64,000 nt of DNA from an uncultured Holophagales bacterium (GTDB lineage: Bacteria; Acidobacteriota; Thermoanaerobaculia; Multivoradales; UBA5704). The stretch is taken from the NCBI GenBank assembly GCA_963842525.1, contig CAWJGT010000003.1:160001-224000 (forward strand), in the 5' to 3' direction. Shown piece after piece: positions 27,532 through 34,790 of the stretch. Numbering within the stretch: position 1 is the stretch's first letter; every line of letters starts with the position of its first letter. Under the pieces are notes generated by a model that was not told the DNA's origin, did not search any database, and was given only the letters and a program-made list of their open reading frames with translations. A program made the position numbers and the translations under genes.

Positions 27532-29211
27532 ATGACCGAACCTGCGCCGCTGATCCAGCCGACCCTCGCCACGCCGGTCGAGCAGATGTTCCCGACGTTG
27601 ACGCCGGCTCAGGTGGCGCGGATCGCGGCGCATGGACGTGTGCGGCCGATCCGGCCGGGCGAGGTGCTCGTCGAGGCGGGAGACCATGCGGTGCCGTTCT
27701 TCGTGGTCAAGACGGGCCGGATCGAGGTCGTCCAACCGTCCGCCGGCAGCGAGACGCTCGTCGCCGCTCATGGGCCGGGCCAGTTCACCGGCGAGGTCAA
27801 CATGCTGTCCGGCCGCCGCACGCTCGTGCGCTCGCGGGTGGCCGAGCCGGGCGAGGTCATCGAGCTGGACCGCGAATGCCTGCTGGAGCTCGTGCAGACC
27901 GACAGCGAGCTCGGCGAGGTCATCCTCCGGGCCTTCATCCTGCGCCGGGTGGAGCTGATCGCGCACGGCGTGAGCGATGTCGTTGTGGTCGGCTCGAATT
28001 TCTGCTCGGGAACGCTGCGCGTCCGCGAGTTCCTGACCCGCAACGGCCATCCGTATTCCTACGTCGACCTCGACCGCGACGCCGGTGTCCAGGAGCTGCT
28101 GGATCAATTTCACATCGGCGACGAAGATGTCCCCTTCCTGATCTGCCGCGGCGAGGTGGTGCTGCGGAATCCGACCAATCAGAAGATCGCCGACTGCCTC
28201 GGCTTCAACGAAGGGATCGACCAGAGCCATCTCCGCGACGTGGTTATCGTCGGCGCCGGCCCTTCGGGATTGGCTGCGGCGGTGTACGGCGCGTCGGAAG
28301 GGCTGGACGTCCTGGTGCTGGAGTCGAGCGCGCCGGGCGGCCAGGCGGGCGCGAGCTCGAAAATCGAGAACTATCTCGGTTTTCCAACCGGCATCTCGGG
28401 CCAGGATCTCGCCGGCCGCGCCTATACCCAGGCGCAGAAGTTCGGCGCGCAAGTGATGATCGCCAAGGGCGCCCAGCGGCTGGCGTGCGACCGTAAACCG
28501 TACGCCCTCGAGATCGACGGCGGCTCGCGCGTGCCGGCACGCACCGTCATCATTGCGACGGGCGCCGAATATCGCAGGCTGGCGCTGCCGAACCTCTCAC
28601 AATTCGAAGGCGCCGGCGTCTACTACGGCGCCACCTTCATGGAGGCGCAGCTCTGCGTGGGTGAAGAGGTGGTCGTGGTGGGGGGCGGAAACTCCGCCGG
28701 CCAGGCCGCGGTGTTCCTCGCCCGGACGGCCCGGCGCGTGCACATGCTCGTCCGCTCGGACGGGCTCGCGGACACCATGTCGCGCTATCTGATCCGGCGG
28801 ATCGAAGACAGCCCCGCGATCGCCTTACGGACCCGCACCGAGATCACGGCCCTCGAAGGGAACGGTCATCTCGAGCGCGTGCGCTGGCAGGACCACCAGA
28901 CGGGGGAGATCGAGACGCACGGCGTCCGCCACGTCTTCCTCATGACGGGCGCCGCTCCCAGCACGAGCTGGCTCGACGGTTGTATCAAGCTCGACGAGAA
29001 AGGCTTCATCAAGACCGGACCGGACCTGTCGCGGGAAGACCTGGCCGCCGCGGAGTGGCCGCTCGTTCGGGCACCTTATCTCCTCGAAACCAGCCTCCCC
29101 GGAGTCTTCGCGGTCGGCGACGTCCGGGGCGGCAGTATCAAACGTGTGGCGTCGGCCGTCGGCGAGGGATCGATCGCCGTCTCCTTCGTGCACCAGGTTC
29201 TTCACGAGTGA
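27532..29211 (+). CDS. cNMP-binding domain fused to a thioredoxin reductase-like FAD oxidoreductase
   Basis: GQFTGE cNMP motif; IVGAGPSGLAAAVY, IENYLGFPTGISG, VVGGGNSAGQAA, GVFAVGDVR, KRVASAVGEG. Confidence 0.92.
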   Translation: MTEPAPLIQPTLATPVEQMFPTLTPAQVARIAAHGRVRPIRPGEVLVEAGDHAVPFFVVKTGRIEVVQPSAGSETLVAAHGPGQFTGEVNMLSGRRTLVRSRVAEPGEVIELDRECLLELVQTDSELGEVILRAFILRRVELIAHGVSDVVVVGSNFCSGTLRVREFLTRNGHPYSYVDLDRDAGVQELLDQFHIGDEDVPFLICRGEVVLRNPTNQKIADCLGFNEGIDQSHLRDVVIVGAGPSGLAAAVYGASEGLDVLVLESSAPGGQAGASSKIENYLGFPTGISGQDLAGRAYTQAQKFGAQVMIAKGAQRLACDRKPYALEIDGGSRVPARTVIIATGAEYRRLALPNLSQFEGAGVYYGATFMEAQLCVGEEVVVVGGGNSAGQAAVFLARTARRVHMLVRSDGLADTMSRYLIRRIEDSPAIALRTRTEITALEGNGHLERVRWQDHQTGEIETHGVRHVFLMTGAAPSTSWLDGCIKLDEKGFIKTGPDLSREDLAAAEWPLVRAPYLLETSLPGVFAVGDVRGGSIKRVASAVGEGSIAVSFVHQVLHE

Positions 29212-29227
29212 GGGAAAGGAGAGATCC

Positions 29228-29497
29228 ATGCCCGGCGAAACCTGTTCTCATCTCGATGCGATCAAGACCGTCACCCACGAGAAGCGCCACGAATGCGATG
29301 AGTGCGTGAAGATCGGCTCCCGCTGGGTCCATCTGCGGACCTGCCAGACCTGCGGCACGACGCTCTGCTGCGACAGCTCGCCGAACCGCCACGCCAGCAA
29401 GCACGCGCACGCGAGCGGGCATCCCGTGGTCGCCTCGGCAGAGCCCGGGGAGCGCTGGCTGTATTGCTATCGGGACGAGGCCTTCACGGAATATTGA
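29228..29497 (+). CDS. UBP-type zinc finger protein
   Basis: CSH..CDEC..WVHLRTCQTCG..CCDSSPNRHASKH..H. Confidence 0.9.
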   Translation: MPGETCSHLDAIKTVTHEKRHECDECVKIGSRWVHLRTCQTCGTTLCCDSSPNRHASKHAHASGHPVVASAEPGERWLYCYRDEAFTEY

Positions 29498-29586
29498 AGT
29501 TGGATCTACGGGAGGCCCGCAGCTGCAAGCGATCGTGCCGCAGAACCAGGCGGCTGTAGCGGTCATGCTTCGGGTGCCGGGGAGAG

Positions 29587-29695
29587 CCGCCCGGGCATGA
29601 ATGCCCGGGCTAGGAACAGCGCCGGGTAAACCCGGCTTCAAAGCCCCATTCATGGGGCGCCATTCCTAGCCCGGCGATTCATCGCCGGGCGGGGC
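29587..29695. repeat. REP/REPIN-like palindrome cluster between convergent genes
   Basis: CCCGGGCATGAATGCCCGGG, GCCGGGTAAACCCGGC, GCCCCATTCATGGGGC, CCCGGCGATTCATCGCCGGG. Confidence 0.75.
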
Positions 29696-29707
29696 TAAAA
29701 CACCCTT

Positions 29708-31141
29708 CTACATCCGGTGCCGCGTGGCCAGCTTCGTCAGGTCGATGAAGTCCGGGTCCGTGTGCAGGCTCGCGAACATGAAGTCGTCGCGGGCTTCCTG
29801 CATCTCCATGGCGCGCACGGCGTCGAACTGCTCGTACTGGTAGAAGTGCCGGCGCAGCAGCTCCATGGCCTTCTTGCGGTCTCCCACCTGGGCCCAGATG
29901 GCGGCGAGGTTGTAGCTTGCTTCGAGCACCTCTTCGTTGGCGCTCGCGATGCGGGCGGCCTCTTCTTTCTGTCCGGCGGCGGCCAGGTAGACGGCGGCGA
30001 AGATGCGGTTGTAGCGGTCGTCGGGATCGAGGGCCAGGGACTGGCGCATGTAGCCGGCCGCCTTGTCGGCCTGCTTCTCGGAGAACCAGTAGACGGCGAG
30101 GTTGCGGTAGGTGATCGGCAGCGGGTGCTCGGCGATCGACGTCTCGAAGAGGGCCAGCCCCTCGGCGAAGCGCCCGCCGTGGATGGTCATCTTGCCGAGG
30201 CCGTGCATGGCGACGGCCCGCGCGATCGGGTCCGCCGGCTGGGCGAGCACGCGCTCGAAGGCGGTCCGGGCCTTGCCCCAGTCGCCGGTCTGATGGCGGT
30301 AGACCTCGCCCAGGTAGCGCAGCGCCGTGGGGTCGGCGGGGTCGAGCCGGGCCGCCTTGGCGTAGAGCCGCTCGGCTTCGGAGTAGCGGCCGGCGAGCTC
30401 GGCGCGGAGCCCTTGGAGCAGGGTAGGCTCGACGGCGGCGATCCGTCCATGGACGTCGGGATCGGCGAGACCGTCCGGGCCGAGCCGCTGGAGCTCCGCC
30501 TCTTCAACGGTCACGCCAAGCTTGCGCAGGCTCTTGGCGGCCTTCTTGCCGAGGCTCGGGAAGAGGCAGCGCTGGTCCCAGACCTGCTGCAGGTCGGCGA
30601 TGGCAGCCTCGCGGTCGGCCGCAGCTTTCTTGTCGGCGGCCTTGAGGAGGGCTCCCAGGGTGGACTCGCGCTTGTCCATCTCCGCATTCAAGAGCTGCTC
30701 GACGGTGCGCGCCTCCAGCTTGCCCCCCTTGGAAGGCACGCGCCCGAGCTCCGTGCCGTCGGCGGCGGTGAGGATGGCGAGCGGTTCCTCGGCCGGGGCC
30801 TTGAAGCTCTCATGGAGCGCTTTGTTGTCGGTGGTCACGATGGCCATGGCCACGCAGCGCGCGCCGGCGAGCGACAGGGCGCGCGAGGTCTGGAGCGGCG
30901 AGGTCCGCGCTTCGTCGGGCGAGGTCGGGAACCAGTAGACGGTGAGCGGCGCCCTGGGCTGCTCGGCGCCGGGCGCGAGCACCTTCCAGGAGACGCGGTA
31001 GACGACCGGCTCGCTGCCGCCGACGTTGGGTACGACGCCGCCCGCTCCGCCTCCTCCACCGCCGCCGCAGGTGGCAGCGGCCGGCAGGGCCGGCAGCAGC
31101 AGGACGAGAACGAGCGCGAGACAGCGGAGACGGTTCTTCAT
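29708..31141 (-). CDS. Secreted protein: poly-Gly linker, thioredoxin-like segment, C-terminal TPRs
   Basis: MKNRLRCLALVLVLLLPALPAAATCGGGGGGG; GGAGGG RBS; TPR motifs such as YAKAARLDP..ALRYLGEVY. Confidence 0.8.
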   Translation of the reverse strand: MKNRLRCLALVLVLLLPALPAAATCGGGGGGGAGGVVPNVGGSEPVVYRVSWKVLAPGAEQPRAPLTVYWFPTSPDEARTSPLQTSRALSLAGARCVAMAIVTTDNKALHESFKAPAEEPLAILTAADGTELGRVPSKGGKLEARTVEQLLNAEMDKRESTLGALLKAADKKAAADREAAIADLQQVWDQRCLFPSLGKKAAKSLRKLGVTVEEAELQRLGPDGLADPDVHGRIAAVEPTLLQGLRAELAGRYSEAERLYAKAARLDPADPTALRYLGEVYRHQTGDWGKARTAFERVLAQPADPIARAVAMHGLGKMTIHGGRFAEGLALFETSIAEHPLPITYRNLAVYWFSEKQADKAAGYMRQSLALDPDDRYNRIFAAVYLAAAGQKEEAARIASANEEVLEASYNLAAIWAQVGDRKKAMELLRRHFYQYEQFDAVRAMEMQEARDDFMFASLHTDPDFIDLTKLATRHRM

Positions 31142-31195
31142 GGCGTCGAGCCCTCCGGGTCGGGAGTCCAGGGGACTATGATACGCCGAAGATCC

Positions 31196-31888
31196 ATGCG
31201 AGCTGCCCTTCCCAGGAGCGTCAAGACCGCCGAGACCGCGACCGGCCGCCGCGTCCCTCTCTGGCTCAAGCTGGCCTACACGGCCTGGGTCGCGGTCTGG
31301 GTGCCGGTCTACTGGTATTACAACGGCCCGGACAATTTCCTCTGGCTGTGTGACGTCGCGAACCTGATCGTGGCCGTGGCGCTCTGGCGGGAGAGCCGGC
31401 TGCTGTTCTCGTCCCAGGCCGTGGGGGTCCTGCTCGTGCAGGTGGTCTGGGCGGTGGACTTTCTCGGCCGCCTGTTCTTCGGTGTCCATCCGGTCGGCGG
31501 CACGGAGTACATGTTCAATGTCGCCGAGCCGCTCCTGCCGCGCCTGATGTCGCTCTTCCACCTGGTCATGCCGCCGCTGCTGCTCTGGGGCGTGAGGCGC
31601 CTGGGCTACGACCGCCGCGCCTGGCGCCTGGAGACTGCGCTCGTCTGGGTGCTGCTGCCGGTGACGTTTCTCCTCACCGGCCCGGATGTGAACATCAACT
31701 GGGTCTGGGGACCGTTCGGCAAGATCCAGCACGTGATGCCGCCGTGGCTTTACATGATCGTCAACATGGCGGCCTACCCGTTGCTCCTCTTCCTGCCCAC
31801 CCACCTCCTCCTGAGCCGCTGGCGGGTCCTCACCCCCGGCCCCTCTCCCGTCTCCCTTCCGTCCCCCGCCGGGAGAGGGGAGGAATAG
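31196..31888 (+). CDS. Multi-pass membrane protein
   Basis: PLWLKLAYTAWVAVWVPVYW..NFLWLCDV..GGTEYMF..SLFH..NINWVWG; the C-terminus is encoded by the CCCTCACCCC repeat. Confidence 0.8.
   Translation: MRAALPRSVKTAETATGRRVPLWLKLAYTAWVAVWVPVYWYYNGPDNFLWLCDVANLIVAVALWRESRLLFSSQAVGVLLVQVVWAVDFLGRLFFGVHPVGGTEYMFNVAEPLLPRLMSLFHLVMPPLLLWGVRRLGYDRRAWRLETALVWVLLPVTFLLTGPDVNINWVWGPFGKIQHVMPPWLYMIVNMAAYPLLLFLPTHLLLSRWRVLTPGPSPVSLPSPAGRGEE
31828..31882. repeat. CCCTCACCCCCGGCCCCTCTCCC...GGGAGAGGGG palindromic element (half copy, inside CDS)
   Basis: Same family as copies at 43297, 49367, 50776, 56706, 59051 and 60183. Confidence 0.85.
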
Positions 31889-31938
31889 AGCGGCTGCCGG
31901 AGGAGCGAGGCCCGTGCCCGGCAGCCGGTCTGGAGGGA

Positions 31939-32265
31939 TCAGTTGGTGGCGTAGACGGTCACGAGGAAGCTGCCGCCGTTGCTGCCGCTGGGATTGGCGA
32001 TGTAGAGCCGGCGCGACTTCACGATGTCGGTCGCCGAGCCGTTCGTGAGCTGCTTGAAGATGACCGGATCCTTCTGGGCGCTCTTGTCCTCCATCACATC
32101 GAACCGGACGTTGTCGGGCTGCTCGGTCTCGGAGACCTCCCAGGCGAACCCGGTGTAGCCGGAGGGAACTTCATCGGTGCTGAAGTTCCCGCTGGAGCGG
32201 TGGTCCTGCCCCTTCTGGGGAGAGCCTTCGGAACGGACACTGGCGATTTGCACGCGTTCGGACAT
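31939..32265 (-). CDS. Small beta-rich hypothetical protein, paralog B
   Basis: MSERVQIASV...HRSSGNFST...FDVMEDKSA...LYIANP...FLVTVYATN; AAGGA RBS. Confidence 0.8.
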   Translation of the reverse strand: MSERVQIASVRSEGSPQKGQDHRSSGNFSTDEVPSGYTGFAWEVSETEQPDNVRFDVMEDKSAQKDPVIFKQLTNGSATDIVKSRRLYIANPSGSNGGSFLVTVYATN

Positions 32266-32312
32266 GGCTGATTTCCTTTCAGTTCCCTTGAATGTTCGAT
32301 TTGTGCGGCGGC

Positions 32313-32636
32313 TCAGTTGGTGGCGTAGACGGTCACGAGGAACGAGCTGCTGGCGCCCTTGGGATTGGCGATATAGAGCTGCCGCTTCTGCTCGATCCCG
32401 GTCTGGCTGCCGTCCGTGAGGTTTTCGTAGATGGTGTGGTCCCGCGCGGCGCTGCGGTCTTCCATTACGTCGAAGCTGATCCCGTCGGGTGTGGGGACGC
32501 CGGAGATCTCCCAAACGAACTTGCTGAAGCCGCCCGGCACGTCCTCGGTGCTGAAATTGCCGCTGGAGCGGTGGGACTGTCCGTCCTGGGGCTGCTTCGC
32601 TGAGGTAACGCTGGCGATCTGGATCCTGTCGGGCAT
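32313..32636 (-). CDS. Small beta-rich hypothetical protein, paralog A
   Basis: MPDRIQIASV...HRSSGNFST...FDVMEDRSA...LYIANP...FLVTVYATN; GAGGA RBS. Confidence 0.8.
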   Translation of the reverse strand: MPDRIQIASVTSAKQPQDGQSHRSSGNFSTEDVPGGFSKFVWEISGVPTPDGISFDVMEDRSAARDHTIYENLTDGSQTGIEQKRQLYIANPKGASSSFLVTVYATN

Positions 32637-32745
32637 TTCGTCCTCTCTTTCTTTTCGTTGAGCGCGACCGCTCGTTCGATCAGGTAGTGGGACGAGATCG
32701 CGAGCTATCGCACCCGCGGAGGAAGGAAATTTGAGGAAGGTGCGT

Positions 32746-33573
32746 TCAGCGGCCGGCGACCCGGAAGGGATGGCTTCCGAGATCGGCCGGCGGAGCGCCG
32801 GGGCGCAGGCCCTCGACGGCGAGGCGGTAGTCGCCGGGAGGGAAGAAGCCGGCGGGGAAGGAGACCATCAGGACTTCCAGGGCGTTCGGCCGCAGCCCAT
32901 CCTGGCGGAAGAGGGTGCGGCCCCGGGCGCCGGTCACGGTCACGCGGTAGCTCGCGAAGCCGGGATCGGCCCCGGCGTCCACGGCGAGGGTGACCGGGCT
33001 GCCGCGGTGGAAGGTAGCGGCCGGCTCGCCGGGCTCGTCGCGGAGGACGCTCAGGAGGAGGACGGTGGGGACCAGGGGCCGGGCCGCCTCGGGAGCCGCG
33101 TCGGTCGGCCTCTGGGCTTGCGCGAGGCGCCGCTCCAGGTCGCGGCGCTCGTCCTGCCGCTGTCGCTCGCTCGCGGCCAGACGGGCCTCGGCGTCGCGGC
33201 GGGCGGCTTCGAGCTGCCGCTGCTGCTCGGTCTGCTCCTGCCGGGCCTGCCGCAGCTCGCGGTTCTCGCCGAGGAGCCAAAGGGCCGGCAGGGCGGCGGC
33301 GGCGAGGAGGACGGCGAGGGTGAGGCCGATCTGGGCGAGCCGGCCGCGACGGGCGAGCCAGGCCAGGAGGCCCGCTCCCACCACGGCGCGGGCCGCGTCC
33401 TCGGCGGCCATGGACTGGAGCCCCCGCTGGAAGCCGCGGGCCATCTCGATCTGCTCCATGCACTGCGGGCAGGCGAAATAGTGCTCCTCGAAGCGCGTCT
33501 CCTCCTCCGGGTCCAGGAGGCCCCGGTGGTAGCGTTCGATCAGCCCGTGCTCCTCGATGTAGGCGTGGTCCAT
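32746..33573 (-). CDS. zf-HC2 (ZAS) membrane anti-sigma factor
   Basis: FEEHYFACPQC (HxxxCxxC), TM LAQIGLTLAVLLAAAALPALWLL, coiled coil, C-terminal beta domain. Confidence 0.85.
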   Translation of the reverse strand: MDHAYIEEHGLIERYHRGLLDPEEETRFEEHYFACPQCMEQIEMARGFQRGLQSMAAEDAARAVVGAGLLAWLARRGRLAQIGLTLAVLLAAAALPALWLLGENRELRQARQEQTEQQRQLEAARRDAEARLAASERQRQDERRDLERRLAQAQRPTDAAPEAARPLVPTVLLLSVLRDEPGEPAATFHRGSPVTLAVDAGADPGFASYRVTVTGARGRTLFRQDGLRPNALEVLMVSFPAGFFPPGDYRLAVEGLRPGAPPADLGSHPFRVAGR

Positions 33574-33577
33574 GGCC

Positions 33578-34243
33578 TCAGCCCTTCAGCTCCCCCTTCC
33601 CTAGTGGGACGAGGAGGGCAAGTATCCCAAGAACCAGGAGGAGAGCTGTGGCGGACCGGCCGAGCCGCTCCAGATACAGCTCCTTGTAGCGCTGGCGGGC
33701 GCGGTGGAGGACGCGGTTGAACTGCAGGCTGGTGAGGCCGAAATCATTCGAGATGCGGTCCTTGTCCTCCTCGGCGATGTAGTAGCGGAGGAGGATCTGG
33801 CGGTCGCGGTCGTTGCCGAGCTCGTGGATGACCCGCCGCACCAGGGAGACGTTTTCCCGCTGGAGGATCTCGCCGAGCTGGCCGGGGAGGCGTGCGGGCA
33901 CGGTTTCGAGGGCCTCGCTGTCCGGCTCGGTCTTGCGCCGCGCGGCCTTGCGGTAGTGCTCGATGGCCAGGTTGCGGGCGATCTGGGCGAGGAAGCCGGG
34001 GAGCCTGGCGGCTTCGCGCAGCTCCCCGGCGCGCAGCTTCTCGAGCACGAGCCGGAAGGTGTCCTGGAAAAGGTCTTCGGCCTCGGGCCGGCCATTGGTG
34101 TGCCGGTCCAGGAGGATGGCCACCGGACGGCCGTACAGCTCCACCAGCCGCCCTTCGGCGTTGCGGTCTCCCGTCCGGATCCGCGCGACCAGCGCCGCCG
34201 GATCGTCCCCAGACGATGTAGTGCCCGTCTCGCGCGTTGCCAG
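33578..34243 (-). CDS. ECF sigma-70 factor with a hydrophobic C-terminal tail; start uncertain (CTG 34243)
   Basis: LVARIRTGDRNAE..AEDLFQDTF..FLAQIARNLAIEHYRK..DRQILLRYY..FNRVLHRARQR; TGCTAGAAT extended -10 on the minus strand near 34275-34283. Confidence 0.85.
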   Translation of the reverse strand: MATRETGTTSSGDDPAALVARIRTGDRNAEGRLVELYGRPVAILLDRHTNGRPEAEDLFQDTFRLVLEKLRAGELREAARLPGFLAQIARNLAIEHYRKAARRKTEPDSEALETVPARLPGQLGEILQRENVSLVRRVIHELGNDRDRQILLRYYIAEEDKDRISNDFGLTSLQFNRVLHRARQRYKELYLERLGRSATALLLVLGILALLVPLGKGELKG

Positions 34244-34289
34244 AATCGACAGCCCCTGTCGGTTGCGGGGCGCGATTCTAGCACGCGGG

Positions 34290-34745
34290 CTACCCCTCGA
34301 CCTTCGGCGACGGCGTCGTCGGCGGGGTGTCGTCGGCCCCCCAGACGCCGACCTGGTCGGGGTCGCCCCAGACGTTGCTGCCGTAGATCCCCCGGGTCCG
34401 GGTCCCGCCAAGCGACGTGATGTCGTAGCGGGAGATGTAGATCCGGAACGGCTGGTCGTTGAAGAAGCCCTTCCAGACGAGGTTGGATTCGGACAGAGCG
34501 AACTGCAGGGGTTGGCCCGTCTCGTCGCTCGTGGCGAGCACGACTTGGCCCGCGGCGTCCAGGATGGCGAAGCCGACCGCCACGAAGTAGCCGTCCGTCA
34601 GGACCGGCGGCGTGTCGCCGTATGTGCCCGTACCGATAAGGAATTGGCCGCCGACCTGCAGCAGCGGGTCTGGAGCCCCGTTGACGGGAGAGCTGGCGAC
34701 GTTGCGGATGGTGTAGGCGCCGACGAAATCCCCGATGTTGGCCAC
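34290..34745 (-). CDS. Hypothetical beta-rich protein between the CHAT and sigma genes
   Basis: AAAGGAG RBS plus GTG; FVGAYTI...GIYGSNVWGDPDQVGVWGAD. Confidence 0.7.
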   Translation of the reverse strand: MANIGDFVGAYTIRNVASSPVNGAPDPLLQVGGQFLIGTGTYGDTPPVLTDGYFVAVGFAILDAAGQVVLATSDETGQPLQFALSESNLVWKGFFNDQPFRIYISRYDITSLGGTRTRGIYGSNVWGDPDQVGVWGADDTPPTTPSPKVEG

Positions 34746-34790
34746 GACGATCTCCTTTCTGGTTTCCTGCTGGAGGATGTTTCCTTCCGG

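Noticed and set aside
29708-31888. Overlapping 698-aa and 723-aa ORFs
   Set aside because: Each is a real gene extended upstream through the antisense of its divergent neighbour
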